Source of the DNA: Candidatus Nanopelagicales bacterium
Lineage (GTDB): Bacteria > Actinomycetota > Actinomycetes > S36-B12 > UBA10799
Length of the DNA stretch: 64,000 nucleotides
Assembly (NCBI GenBank): GCA_037046735.1
Contig: JBAOHC010000027.1
Coordinates: 12,307-76,306, forward strand
Direction of reading: 5' to 3'
Part shown: positions 37,787 to 47,899 of the stretch, one piece after another
Position numbering within the stretch: position 1 is the first letter of the stretch
Layout of the letters: the number at the start of each line of letters is the position of its first letter
The notes under the pieces: model-generated
Databases searched by the model: none
The model's input: the letters and a program-made list of their open reading frames with translations, nothing else
Told to the model about the DNA's origin: nothing
Made by a program: the position numbers and the translations under genes

Positions 37787-38443
37787 CTACTGTGTGGCGC
37801 GGCCACCGACGACCGCCTCACCGGACGTTTCGGGCTGTTTACGCGCTAGGCGAATTGTGCCCGTGTCGTTGATCCGTTCGACGAATGGACGCTTGGGCGT
37901 GTAGTGGATCACGCTGACCGATGCCGTGTCGATCACGATCCGCTGGAAGTGGTCGAGATGGACGCCAAGGGCGTCGGCGACGACGGCTTTGATGATATCG
38001 CCGTGCGTGACGATCCAGATGATGTCGTCGGGGTGCTTCTTGACCAGCTGCTGAACCCGGTGGGTGGCGCGGTGCGACATTTGGGCCATCGTCTCCCCTG
38101 CCGGGAACTGTGCCGCCGACGGCAACCACTGCACGATCTCCCAGCTGGGCTCGGTCGCCAGTTCACTGAGACTGGCACCGCTCCAGTCGCCGTAGTCACA
38201 CTCGGCGAAGTGCTCATCGATCGTCACCGCAGCACGGTCGCCCACGACCAACGCAGCGGTTTGCTGAGCCCGGGGCTGGGGGCTGCTGATCACAAGGTCC
38301 AACGGCACATCGGCCAGGCGCTGACCCAAGGCCGCGGCCTGATCACGTCCCGTGTCGTCCAACGGCGTGTCTGAGCGCCCCGCCAGGACTCCCTCGGCGT
38401 TGGCGACGGAGCGAGCATGACGAATCAGTACGACGGTGGTCAC
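37787..38443 (-). CDS. histidine-phosphatase superfamily protein (MSMEG_4193-type putative phosphomutase)
   Basis: VVLIRHARSVANAEGVLAGRSD (RHG-type motif). Start placed at GTG 38443. Confidence 0.8.
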   Translation of the reverse strand: MTTVVLIRHARSVANAEGVLAGRSDTPLDDTGRDQAAALGQRLADVPLDLVISSPQPRAQQTAALVVGDRAAVTIDEHFAECDYGDWSGASLSELATEPSWEIVQWLPSAAQFPAGETMAQMSHRATHRVQQLVKKHPDDIIWIVTHGDIIKAVVADALGVHLDHFQRIVIDTASVSVIHYTPKRPFVERINDTGTIRLARKQPETSGEAVVGGRATQ

Positions 38444-38477
38444 GCACACCACAATAGGGTTGCGGCACACTCGGATC

Positions 38478-39500
38478 ATGATTCGAGGTTTGGGGCTCTA
38501 TCTCGACGGGCACCTGCAGGACAACGAGCACAGTGTGTTCTCCGGGGAGATACCTGGTGACAGCATTCAGCTGCACGAGCAGATCTCCAAGTTGTATGCA
38601 TCGGCCCGCAGTGCACACGACCAATTCGTCTGGATCGGCCTGTTCGAACCCGCCCGGGCCGAACTGCAACTCGTCGAGGACGTCTTCGACTTGCCGGAAC
38701 TACAGGTCGAGGATGCCCTGAACCCCCGGCAGCGGCCCAAGGTCGAGTTCGAGGATCAGTCTGCTTTGGTAATCGTCAAAATCCTCTCCTACTACGACCA
38801 GACGTCTGACGTGGAGACGGGGCAACTGTCGATCTTCATCGGCCGCCATTTCATCGTGACGGTGCGCTACGGCCCGCTCGGCGATATCTCCCAGATCCGC
38901 CGGCGACTCGAGGCGGACCCGGAATTCCTGCGGCACGGACCCACTGCCGTGGCCCACTCCATCCTGGACGCCACGGTGGACGGCTACATCGCGGTGTCCG
39001 AGGAGATCACCAAGGACATCGAGCAACTCGAAGAATCCGTGTTCTCCCCCGAACGCACCAATGATGCCGAGATGATCTATCGGGTCAAGCGCGAGAACCT
39101 TGAGATGCGCCGTGCGGTCCAGCCGCTGGTTGGCATCGCCCACGAACTGGTGCGCGAGACCGTGCCAGGGATTCCCGAGGAGATGCAGCCGTTCTTCCGC
39201 GATCTTGGCGACCACGTCCTGCGGGTGGCAGATGCCGCGGACAACAACGACCAGTTGCTCATGACGCTGCTCATGGCGGCCACCTCGCGGCAGGACCTGC
39301 AGCAGAACAACGATATGCGCCGCATCAGCGCCTACGTCGCGATCGCGGCGGTCCCGACCATGATCGCCGGTATCTACGGGATGAACTTCGACTCGATGCC
39401 GGAACTGCACTGGCGCTACGGCTACCTGCTGATCCTCGGGCTGATGATCAGCGTATGTCTGATCATGTATCGGGCCTTCAAGAAATCCGGCTGGCTCTGA
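38478..39500 (+). CDS. corA: magnesium/cobalt transporter CorA
   Basis: C-terminal YGMNF motif between two TM helices. Start placed at ATG 38478. Confidence 0.85.
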   Translation: MIRGLGLYLDGHLQDNEHSVFSGEIPGDSIQLHEQISKLYASARSAHDQFVWIGLFEPARAELQLVEDVFDLPELQVEDALNPRQRPKVEFEDQSALVIVKILSYYDQTSDVETGQLSIFIGRHFIVTVRYGPLGDISQIRRRLEADPEFLRHGPTAVAHSILDATVDGYIAVSEEITKDIEQLEESVFSPERTNDAEMIYRVKRENLEMRRAVQPLVGIAHELVRETVPGIPEEMQPFFRDLGDHVLRVADAADNNDQLLMTLLMAATSRQDLQQNNDMRRISAYVAIAAVPTMIAGIYGMNFDSMPELHWRYGYLLILGLMISVCLIMYRAFKKSGWL

Positions 39501-39506
39501 CCGCGG

Positions 39507-40337
39507 TCAGGTGGTGATCACACCGGTGGTCAGCAGGATCAGCACCAGACTGCCCAGCCCGATGCGGTAGACCACGAACGGCAGGAACGAGCCGTGGGAG
39601 ACGTACCGGATCAGCCAGGAGATCACGGCGTAGCCGATGAAGAAGGCCACCACTGTCGCAAGAATCGTGGGGCCCCAGGACACGTTGGGCTGATCTCCGA
39701 TCTTCAGCGCCTCGTAGGCGCCACTGATCAGGACCGCGGGAATCGCGAGCAGGAACGCGTAGCGGGTGGCCGACGGGCGGTCGAAGCCCATCGCGCGGCC
39801 GGTGGTGATCGTCGCACCTGACCGGGACACCCCGGGGATCAGCGCCAGGGCCTGTCCGAAGCCGAAGACCAGACCGGTCTTCGCGGTGAGATCGTCCAGC
39901 GTCTTGTCCTGCTTGCTGAACCGGTCCACCACCCCCAGCAGAATGCCGAAGACGATCAGCACGACCGAGACGAGGTACAGATTGCGCGCCGCGGTCTCGA
40001 TCTGATCGCTGAAGGCCAGGCCGAACACCCCGATCGGGATGGTGCCGATGATCACGTACCAGCCCATGCGCGCATCGATGTTCGATCGCAACTCGGGGGT
40101 GTACAGCGATCGCGTCCAGGTGGTGATGATCCGCCAGATGTCCTTGCGGAAATAGACGAGCACTGCGGTCTCGGTGCCCAGTTGCGTCACGGCCGTGAAG
40201 GCAGCGCCCGGGTCGCCCCAGCCGGCCAGCGTGCTGACAATCAGGATGTGCGCACTGGATGAGATCGGCAGGAATTCCGTGAGGCCCTGCACGATGCCCA
40301 GAATGAGGGCCTCGAAGTAGGAGATCGGGTCGGTCAT
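39507..40337 (-). CDS. uppP: undecaprenyl-diphosphate phosphatase
   Basis: 276 aa, polytopic. LGIVQGLTEFLPISSSAHL-type motif and PGVSRSGATI. Confidence 0.9.
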   Translation of the reverse strand: MTDPISYFEALILGIVQGLTEFLPISSSAHILIVSTLAGWGDPGAAFTAVTQLGTETAVLVYFRKDIWRIITTWTRSLYTPELRSNIDARMGWYVIIGTIPIGVFGLAFSDQIETAARNLYLVSVVLIVFGILLGVVDRFSKQDKTLDDLTAKTGLVFGFGQALALIPGVSRSGATITTGRAMGFDRPSATRYAFLLAIPAVLISGAYEALKIGDQPNVSWGPTILATVVAFFIGYAVISWLIRYVSHGSFLPFVVYRIGLGSLVLILLTTGVITT

Positions 40338-41382
40338 TCCGCCAAGCCCGCTTGCTCCACGACCTCAACCATCGTGCGCAGCGTGGCGATCCGCTCCTCG
40401 AGACTGCCGGCGTAAGTGGCCACTGTCAGCGTCGTCACGCCGGAGTCGGCGTAGGCCTGCAGCCGGTCGCGCACCCGATCGCGCGGCCCGATCAGAGCGG
40501 TCTTGTCGATGAAGTCGAGCGGCACCGCGGCCATGGCTCCCAGCTGGTCCTTCGCGAGGTACTTGTCCTGGATCTCGATAGCCGCCTGCTCGTATCCCAT
40601 GCGGGTCGCGAGCTGATTGTAGAAGTTCTTGTCCCGGCTGCCCATGCCGCCGATGTACAGCGCGGAGTACGCCCGGACGGGCATGGCGCACTGTTCCACG
40701 TCGTCTCCGAAGACCACTGGAACGGTGGGCACCACGTCAAAGCCCGCCAGCGTCTTGTCGACCTTCGCCCGCCCGGCCTCGATGTTGCCCAACAGCTCTG
40801 GGGCGAACTCGGGGTTGTAGAAGATCGCCAGCCAGCCGTCGAACAACTCCCCCGCCAGTTCCAGGTTCTTCGGCCCGATGGCCGCGAGATACATGGGGAT
40901 CGACTCCCGCACCGGATGTACGGTCAAGGTCAGCGCCTTGCCGGGACCATCCGGCAGCGGCAGGGTGAAGAACTGGCCGTCGTAGGTCAAGCGTTCGCGG
41001 CGCAGCGCCTTGCGCACGATCTCGGTGTACTCCCGGGTGCGCGTCAACGGCTTGTCGAAGCGCACCCCGTGCCAGCCCTCGGACACCTGCGGCCCCGACA
41101 CTCCAAGACCGAGCCGGAACCTCCCGGCCGACAAGGTGTCGAGCGTCGCCGCCGTCATGGCGCAGTTGGCGGGGGTCCGCCCTGGGATCTGGAACACGGC
41201 ACTGCCGATGTCGATCTGCTCGGTCTGCGCCGCGATCCAGCTCAGCACCGTCGCCGCATCGGAGCCGTACGCCTCGGCGGTCCAGCAGACCGCGTATCCC
41301 AGGCGATCGGCCTCCCGGGCCAGCGCCAGATTCTCCGCGTCGTTGCCGGCGCCCCAATATCCAGATTCACACCAAGTCGCAT
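40334..41382 (-). pseudogene. LLM-class (F420-dependent-type) oxidoreductase with an N-terminal 1-nt frameshift (or assembly indel)
   Basis: MRLGVNL (ATG 41382) is in one frame. GYWGAGNDAENLALAREADRLGYAVCWTAEAYG and the rest of the barrel are in the frame of ORF 40334-41485. Adding one C to the CC at 41361-41362 (+ strand) restores MRLGVNLGYWGAG. Confidence 0.75.
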
Positions 41383-41502
41383 GGTGGCCAAGCGTAGTCG
41401 CGTACCTCCCTGAGCAGATCGACTGCCCGCATCCTGACCGTGCTGACATGCCAGCGCCATTACGTGAACGCGAAACCCGTCCCACTCGGTTACGGTTTGG
41501 AC

Positions 41503-42483
41503 GTGGATATCCGAAGCGTCGGGGCCAGCGGACTGCGGGTCAGCCGGATCGGGCTGGGCACCATGACCTGGGGCCGGGACACCGACGAGCATGAGGCATC
41601 TGAACTGCTGGACACGTTCTTGTCCGCGGGGGGCACCCTCGTCGACACCGCCGACGTGTACGCCGACGGCGAGTCGGAGAAGATCCTCGGACGGTTGCTC
41701 ACTGATGCCGATCGTCGCGCGCAGGTCGTCCTGGCCACGAAGGCCGTGTCCCGGCCGACCAGTGACCGCCGCTTTGACGCCTCCCGCGGACATCTGCTGA
41801 GCACGCTCAACGCATCACTGCGCCGGCTCGGCGTCGAGTACATCGACCTGTGGCAACTGCATGCCTGGGACCCCCTGACCCCGATCGACGAGACGCTGAG
41901 CGCCATCGACGCGGCGGTGTCCTCGGGCAAGGTCCATTACGTCGGCGTCAGCAACTATGCCGGCTGGCAGGTCGCCACCGTCGCTGCGATGCAGACGGCC
42001 GTCCCCGGTCACTTCGCTCCGGTCTGCGCGCAGATGGAGTACAGCCTGCTCCAGCGCGGCGTGGAACGCGAAGTGATCCCGGCTCTGCAGGGTCACGGCA
42101 TGGGGCTGATCGCCTGGTCGTCGCTGGGTCGCGGAGTGTTGTCGGGTAAGTATCGCGCCGGGATCCCAGCCGACTCCCGCGCCGGAAACCCGCTGTTCGC
42201 CAGTTTCGTGCAGCCCTACCTGACTGAGCATGCTCGCCGGATCGCCGACGCCGTGGCCACGGCCGCCGAAGGGTTGGGGGCGTCCAGTTCCGAGGTGGCA
42301 CTGGCCTGGTTGCGGGACCAGCCCGGCGTGACCAGCGCACTTGTCGGGGCCCGCACCCCCGCGCAGTTGCGCACCGCCCTGGCCAGCGAGGCCCTGGTCA
42401 TCCCGGACCAGATCAAGGCGGCCCTCAGCGACGTCTCCGCGCCACCGATGTCCTACCCCGAGTTCGGGTGGAACCAACGCTGA
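41503..42483 (+). CDS. aldo/keto reductase
   Basis: Start at GTG 41503. SGLRVSRIGLGTMTWG and later AKR motifs (DLWQLHAWD, GVSNY). Confidence 0.85.
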   Translation: MDIRSVGASGLRVSRIGLGTMTWGRDTDEHEASELLDTFLSAGGTLVDTADVYADGESEKILGRLLTDADRRAQVVLATKAVSRPTSDRRFDASRGHLLSTLNASLRRLGVEYIDLWQLHAWDPLTPIDETLSAIDAAVSSGKVHYVGVSNYAGWQVATVAAMQTAVPGHFAPVCAQMEYSLLQRGVEREVIPALQGHGMGLIAWSSLGRGVLSGKYRAGIPADSRAGNPLFASFVQPYLTEHARRIADAVATAAEGLGASSSEVALAWLRDQPGVTSALVGARTPAQLRTALASEALVIPDQIKAALSDVSAPPMSYPEFGWNQR

Positions 42484-42646
42484 GCAGACCGGCAATGGCA
42501 GCAGCGGTCATCGACCTCAGCGGAGATACAGCCGGACCCTTTTGACCCCCTTCCGGGACGCCTGGGCGGGTCTGCCCTCGTCGCGCCGATCCTGGCCCCG
42601 GTGGTCAGGGCCGGGTCTGGCTGCCCGCCGGCGACTGCTGGGCTCA

Positions 42647-42700
42647 CCGCAAGATTCGGGCACCCGAGGATGGGTCGATACGCGGCGTGGCCCTACCGTC
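42647..42700 (+). repeat. possible degenerate third copy of the 59-nt repeat
   Basis: ccgcaagattcgggcac...gatacgcggcgtgg resembles ccgcaagattgggcac...gacacgccgcg at 55351. Only the first ~17 nt match well and the rest is weak. Confidence 0.25.
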
Positions 42701-42713
42701 CTCCCCGTGTTCG

Positions 42714-44012
42714 TCAGGCGAGGATCGAGCGCAATGCTGTGAACGGGATGTCGACCCAGTCGGGCCGATTGCGCTGTTCGTAGACCGCCTCGTACGCCGC
42801 TTTGTCGATGGAGTACGCCTCGAGCAGCACGTCATTGTCCGCGGCGTCGGCGCCATATCCCTCCAGGAACGCGGCCTCAGACGCCTCCTGCCACGCCCGT
42901 GCCGCGGGACTGTTGTCCGCGCCCTGCCATGCGGCATAGGCGAACGAACGCAACATCGCGGCCACATCGCGCATCGGATGGTCGAGAACCCGCCGGGAGG
43001 CCATGTCACCACCCGGCTCCCCTTCGAAGTCGAGGACACGCCAGCCCTTGGGCGTTCGCAGCGCCTGACCGAGGTGGTAGTCGCCGTGAACGCGTTGCAC
43101 GGTGATCTTCTCGATGCCGCGCAAGCCGTCCAGCCGGTCGTGCAGCCCCGCGGCCATCGGCTGCAGCGCCGGGACCAGCCCGACCGCGACTGCCAGACGG
43201 TCATGCAGTCTGGCCACCATGTCGTCGATTCTCGGCCCGGTCAGCACCTCGGTGGGGAAGGCGGTGGCCAGGTCGTGATGCACCCGAGCTGTGGCCACTC
43301 CGAGCGCGTGCGCCTCTGCTTGGAAGTCGTGCCCCGCCGCGACCTCTTGCCGCGCGAGATCCCAGCCGTCGATGGACCCGGCGAAGAACTCCTGGATCAT
43401 CGCGAGGTGGCCGTACACAGTGCTGCCGGAACGTGGGTCCGTCCAGCCACCGTTGATCCATCCCCGCAGGCGGCCGACGTCGGCGCTGCCGACTCCGAAC
43501 AGTCCCGCATGCACCTCGATGTCGGGATTCACCCCAGGTGTCAGCATCCGGAACACCTTGACCAGGACCTCGTCGGCGTAGACGGCTGACGTGTTGCTCT
43601 GCTCGACGTTGAGCACCCGGTAGCCGGTGATCGGCGGGCCGGCATCCAGCCACTGGGTCCGGGGTTGGGCCCCTGTCGTGGCTGGCTGCAGCGCGGCGGT
43701 CGGGCTGACAGCTGCGAGCATCGCCGCCATGACCTCCGGGTGGGGCAAGCCGTCATGCAGATAGCGCCCTCCGGCCGGGCCGATCAGACTGTCCGGATCC
43801 GGTTCGCAGCGGTACAGCACCGGGACTTGGTACACCTGGAAATGGGTACCGTCCACTTCGACCCCGACGCTGAGATGCTCGACGTCCTCGGTCAAGGACG
43901 TTCGGCTCGTGATGGCGAGTCCGGTGATCCGGTGACCCTTGCCAGCGAACCACCGCCGGTCCAGCAGCCAGGGTTGCAGTACCTCGAGCAGTTCGGTGTC
44001 AGTCAGTCCCAC
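42714..44012 (-). CDS. maltokinase-like phosphotransferase (Pep2/Mak family)
   Basis: LQPWLLDRRWFAGKG cap-domain N-terminus and RVHGDYHLGQALRTPKGWRVLDFEGEP kinase motif. Confidence 0.75.
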   Translation of the reverse strand: MGLTDTELLEVLQPWLLDRRWFAGKGHRITGLAITSRTSLTEDVEHLSVGVEVDGTHFQVYQVPVLYRCEPDPDSLIGPAGGRYLHDGLPHPEVMAAMLAAVSPTAALQPATTGAQPRTQWLDAGPPITGYRVLNVEQSNTSAVYADEVLVKVFRMLTPGVNPDIEVHAGLFGVGSADVGRLRGWINGGWTDPRSGSTVYGHLAMIQEFFAGSIDGWDLARQEVAAGHDFQAEAHALGVATARVHHDLATAFPTEVLTGPRIDDMVARLHDRLAVAVGLVPALQPMAAGLHDRLDGLRGIEKITVQRVHGDYHLGQALRTPKGWRVLDFEGEPGGDMASRRVLDHPMRDVAAMLRSFAYAAWQGADNSPAARAWQEASEAAFLEGYGADAADNDVLLEAYSIDKAAYEAVYEQRNRPDWVDIPFTALRSILA

Positions 44013-44055
44013 AGGAAGTGAGTCTGCCGCATCCGAGCGGGTCTACGGTGGTCTC

Positions 44056-45675
44056 GTGAGCACCCACACCGTAACGAACCAGCCACCCCCGCTGGTTCAC
44101 AACGCCTTCCTCGATGACGACGCGTTGCGGGAGGCCCTCGCGACCTTCGGTGGGAACCCCCAGGATGGCCCGCTGACCCAGTTGGGCGCCTTGACGGGTT
44201 CCGAGACCGCCCGTGAGTGGGGGCGCCTGGCCAATGAGTACACCCCGGTACTGCGCACGTTCGACCGGTATGGCCGGCGTATCGATGAGGTCGAGTTCCA
44301 CCCCGCCTGGCATGAACTGATGACCGTGGCGGTCGAACACGGCCTCCATGCCGCGCCCTGGAGCACCGACGACAAGACGGCTCATGTGCGGCGTGCCGCG
44401 GGTTTCCTGATGTGGTCGCAGGCCGAGGCTGGTCACGGCTGCCCCATCTCCATGACCTACGCCAGTGTGCCGGCCTTGCGGGTCGATCCGTTGCGGGCCG
44501 GTCAGTGGGAACCCGGGCTGGCCAGTCGGCAGTACGACTTCGGCCTGCGTCCGACCGGTGAGAAGGCCGGCCTGATCGCCGGGATGGCGATGACTGAGAA
44601 GCAGGGCGGCAGCGACGTGCGCAGCAACACGACCGTCGCACAGCCGGTGGCCGACGGCTACCTGCTGACGGGGCACAAATGGTTCTGCTCGGCGCCCATG
44701 AGCGATGTGTTCCTGGTGCTCGGCCAGGCACCCGGCGGGTTGACGTGCTTCATCGTCCCCCGGGTGCTGCCCGATGGCTCGCGCAACGTCTTCGAGATCC
44801 AGCGCCTGAAGGACAAGCTCGGCAACCGCTCCAACGCCTCCAGCGAGGTCGAGTTCGATCGCACCTGGGCGCAGCGGCTCGGCGAGGAGGGCCGCGGAGT
44901 GCGCACGATCGTGGAGATGGTCTCGGCCACCCGTCTCGACTGCGTGATTGGCTCCACGGCGTTGATGCGCAAGGCGGTCACCGAGGCAATCTGGCACGCG
45001 CAGCACCGCGAGGCGTTCGGCGCCACCCTCATCGACCAGCCACTCATGCGGCAGGTGCTGGCTGACATGGCGCTGGAGGTCGAGGCGGCCACGTGGCTGG
45101 GCCTGCGGCTCGCCCACGCTGTCGATGCCACCGATTCCAGCGAGCAGGCAGCGCTGCGCCGGATCGCGCTGCCCATGAGCAAGTACTACGTGTGCAAGCG
45201 GGCCCCCGGCCTGACGTTCGAGGCCATGGAGTGCCTTGGCGGTGTCGGGTACGTCGAGGAGACAGGGATGCCGCGGCTCTACCGGGAGGCCCCCGTGAAT
45301 TCGATCTGGGAAGGCTCGGGCAACGTCAACGCGCTCGACCTGCTGCGGGCGTTGGCGCGCAATCCGGAGAGCCTGGACGCGTATCTGCAAGCCTTGGCGC
45401 CTGCAGCCGGATGTGATGAGGCCTTCGATACCGGGCTGCGGGATGTGTTGAACGCACTGGCCGGCACGGTCTCGCAAGCCCGTGCGCGGTGGCTGGCCGA
45501 GAAGATGGTGCTACTTCTGCAAGCGTCCCTGCTGGTGCAGCATGCGCCGGCCTTCGTCGCCGATGCCTTCGTCGCCACACGGCTGCGGCAGAACGAGGGC
45601 ACGTACGGTGTGGTGGATCTCGCTGCCCAAGACCTCACGGCCATCCTGGAGCGTGCGACGCCGACCGGTGTTTAG
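44056..45675 (+). CDS. acyl-CoA dehydrogenase family protein (AidB-like)
   Basis: Start at GTG 44056, about 539 aa. AMTEKQGGSDVRSNTT and IWEGSGNV motifs. Confidence 0.85.
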   Translation: MSTHTVTNQPPPLVHNAFLDDDALREALATFGGNPQDGPLTQLGALTGSETAREWGRLANEYTPVLRTFDRYGRRIDEVEFHPAWHELMTVAVEHGLHAAPWSTDDKTAHVRRAAGFLMWSQAEAGHGCPISMTYASVPALRVDPLRAGQWEPGLASRQYDFGLRPTGEKAGLIAGMAMTEKQGGSDVRSNTTVAQPVADGYLLTGHKWFCSAPMSDVFLVLGQAPGGLTCFIVPRVLPDGSRNVFEIQRLKDKLGNRSNASSEVEFDRTWAQRLGEEGRGVRTIVEMVSATRLDCVIGSTALMRKAVTEAIWHAQHREAFGATLIDQPLMRQVLADMALEVEAATWLGLRLAHAVDATDSSEQAALRRIALPMSKYYVCKRAPGLTFEAMECLGGVGYVEETGMPRLYREAPVNSIWEGSGNVNALDLLRALARNPESLDAYLQALAPAAGCDEAFDTGLRDVLNALAGTVSQARARWLAEKMVLLLQASLLVQHAPAFVADAFVATRLRQNEGTYGVVDLAAQDLTAILERATPTGV

Positions 45676-45730
45676 GTGACGCGCGGTACCAGACGCTGCT
45701 CGCGACGCCAGGATGCGGCAGGATCGACTC

Positions 45731-46234
45731 ATGCCCGCCCAGATAGACGAGATCCAGCGCTACGACGCGGATCCGGTCACCGTGTTCGCCATGCTCAGCG
45801 ATGAGCAGTTCATCATCTACAAGTGCGAGCAGAGCGCGAGTCTGGACGTGGTGGCCGAGGTGGCACCAGAGGGCGACAAGTTGCGCATCCACAACCGTCG
45901 GGTGCTGCCGGCCAAGGTGCCCGGTTTCGTGAAGAAATTCCTGGGCGACACTATCCCGCTCGACGAGACGCAGCACTGGACCGCTGCCGATGACACAGGG
46001 TCGCGGACGGCCACGTTCGACGTCGACTTCGACGGCCAGCCGCTGAAGTTCTCAGGCACCATCACGCTGAGCCCGGACGGCGAGGGTACCGCTGTGCGCA
46101 CCCGGGGAGCCATCAAGTGCTCCGTGCCGTTCATCGGTGGCAAGGTCGAGAACTTCGCCGCTGAGTGGATCGGCAAGTACCTGAAGAAGGAGGAGAAGGT
46201 CGGTCAGCAATGGCTGGCCGACCACGCCGCCTGA
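45731..46234 (+). CDS. DUF2505/SRPBCC-like protein
   Basis: Start at ATG 45731. About 167 aa with the DUF2505-like pattern (YDADPVTVFAMLSDEQF...). Confidence 0.65.
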   Translation: MPAQIDEIQRYDADPVTVFAMLSDEQFIIYKCEQSASLDVVAEVAPEGDKLRIHNRRVLPAKVPGFVKKFLGDTIPLDETQHWTAADDTGSRTATFDVDFDGQPLKFSGTITLSPDGEGTAVRTRGAIKCSVPFIGGKVENFAAEWIGKYLKKEEKVGQQWLADHAA

Positions 46235-46237
46235 GAC

Positions 46238-46278
46238 CTCGCGCCAAACGCGGCGCTCAGTGAGGCGTTTGGCGCGAG
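46238..46278. terminator. bidirectional terminator hairpin between convergent genes
   Basis: Perfect 14-bp inverted repeat ctcgcgccaaacgc / gcgtttggcgcgag with a 13-nt loop. It fills the 47-nt gap between the DUF2505 and zapE stops. Confidence 0.7.
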
Positions 46279-46281
46279 CTT

Positions 46282-47289
46282 TCAGGCTTTCGCCTCCGCC
46301 AAGGCTGCCAACCGCGACAACGCGCGGAAATACTTCTTGCGATAACCGCCCTTGAGCATGTCCGGGGCGAAGATGTGCCCCACCGACTCCCCCGACGCCA
46401 CCACCGGCACGTCGTTGTCGTAAAGCCGGTCAACGAGCACCACGAACCGCAGCGCCTCGCTCTGGTCGGTGAGTTGTCGAACGTCAGTCCAAGCCACCAA
46501 GGCAGTGCCCGCGATCAGCTGTGCGTACCGCGAGGGGTGCACCTGCGCGAGGTGTGACACAACATCGTCAAAGCGATCCAAGGTCGCGCCCGGCGTCTGC
46601 GCAGCGGCGAGCACCTCCTCGACCGGCCGCGGTCGCGGGGCGCGCGGAACCCCGCGGTGCCGGTAGTCCACCCCTTCGATGCGCAACACATCGAAATGGG
46701 CGCTCAGGCCCTGGATCTCGCGCAGGAAGTCCTCAGCGGCGAAGCGGCCCTCCCCCAGTGCATCGGGAAGCGTGTTGGACGTCGCGGCCAGTCGCACCCC
46801 GCGCTGAGTCAATGCCATGAGCAGCGAACTCATCAGGACGGTGTCACCGGGGTCGTCGAGTTCGAACTCGTCGATGCACACGAGGGTCCGGTCGCTGAGG
46901 GCCTCGACCGCACCCGCAAAGCCCAGGGCGCCCACAAGATGGGTGTAAGTGACGAAGGTTCCGAAAGCCTTCGGGGCTGGCGCTGCATGCCACACCGAGG
47001 CGAGCAGGTGGGTCTTGCCCACCCCGAAGCCGCCGTCGAAGTAGATCCCGGGCCGCGCTTCCGGTGGCGTGGCCTTACGGAACAGTCGCCGCTTGACGGG
47101 TGGGGCACTGGCTTCCACGAAGGCGCGAGCCGCTGCGACCGCCGCCGATTGCGACACGTAATAGGGGTCCGGCACGTAGGAGTCAAAGCTCACGTGCCCG
47201 AAGTGAGGCGGCGGCTGCAGGCCAGCCACAAGTTCCTCCGGGCGAACCCGGGGAAAGCGATCGCACAGGCTTTCGGGCACGAGATGCAA
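46282..47289 (-). CDS. zapE: cell division protein ZapE (AFG1-like ATPase)
   Basis: GGFGVGKTHLLAS Walker A and CIDEFELDD Walker B. Confidence 0.85.
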   Translation of the reverse strand: MHLVPESLCDRFPRVRPEELVAGLQPPPHFGHVSFDSYVPDPYYVSQSAAVAAARAFVEASAPPVKRRLFRKATPPEARPGIYFDGGFGVGKTHLLASVWHAAPAPKAFGTFVTYTHLVGALGFAGAVEALSDRTLVCIDEFELDDPGDTVLMSSLLMALTQRGVRLAATSNTLPDALGEGRFAAEDFLREIQGLSAHFDVLRIEGVDYRHRGVPRAPRPRPVEEVLAAAQTPGATLDRFDDVVSHLAQVHPSRYAQLIAGTALVAWTDVRQLTDQSEALRFVVLVDRLYDNDVPVVASGESVGHIFAPDMLKGGYRKKYFRALSRLAALAEAKA

Positions 47290-47335
47290 TCTATCCGGCG
47301 TGCTTACCGTCCTGTGGTGATGGTCTGATGGGCAG

Positions 47336-47899
47336 ATGGATGACGCCGCTCTGTGGAGCGCCTACGCGTGGCCCGACGAGTGCCTGCGGGTCAATTTTGT
47401 GATCAGCCTCGACGGACACATCGGCGCTCCCGACGGCCTCAGCGGCGGCCTGAGCAGCCCCGAGGATCGACGCGTGTTCCACATGCTGCGGGCGGGCTGT
47501 GACGCGATCCTGGTCGGCGCTGGCACCGCGCGCACCGAGGGGTACCGGGCGCCGGCTGTGAAACTGGAGTGGCAGCAGTTTCGGCAACGATCAAAAGCGC
47601 CTGTCCTGGTTATGGTCTCGGCCAGCGGGAACGTTCCCGATATTGAAGGGGCGGTGACAGTGGACGGCACAGACCTGGCAGCAGTGATCGCGCAGTACCC
47701 ACGGATCTTGTGTGAGGGCGGGCCGCACTTGTTCGCGTCCCTGCTGGAGCAGCGGCTCGTGGATGAGGTGGCCTTGAGCATCAGCGGGCAGGTCGGGGGT
47801 ACCGGCAGGCTGCTTCCCGATGAGGTCCGCGCCAGCTTCACCCCTCGCCACGCGCACACCGCAGACAACACGATCTTCACGCTGTGGCGGAGATCATGA
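47336..47899 (+). CDS. RibD C-terminal-domain/dihydrofolate-reductase-like family protein
   Basis: VNFVISLDGHIG...SSPEDRRVFHMLRAGCDAILVGAGTARTEGY. Confidence 0.7.
   Translation: MDDAALWSAYAWPDECLRVNFVISLDGHIGAPDGLSGGLSSPEDRRVFHMLRAGCDAILVGAGTARTEGYRAPAVKLEWQQFRQRSKAPVLVMVSASGNVPDIEGAVTVDGTDLAAVIAQYPRILCEGGPHLFASLLEQRLVDEVALSISGQVGGTGRLLPDEVRASFTPRHAHTADNTIFTLWRRS

Noticed and set aside
36217-37872. 551-aa plus-strand ORF extremely rich in Arg, Pro and Ala, spanning the mshC 5' end through DUF3090.
   Set aside because: Its composition is characteristic of an off-frame translation of GC-rich coding DNA. The minus strand carries three well-supported, translationally coupled genes.
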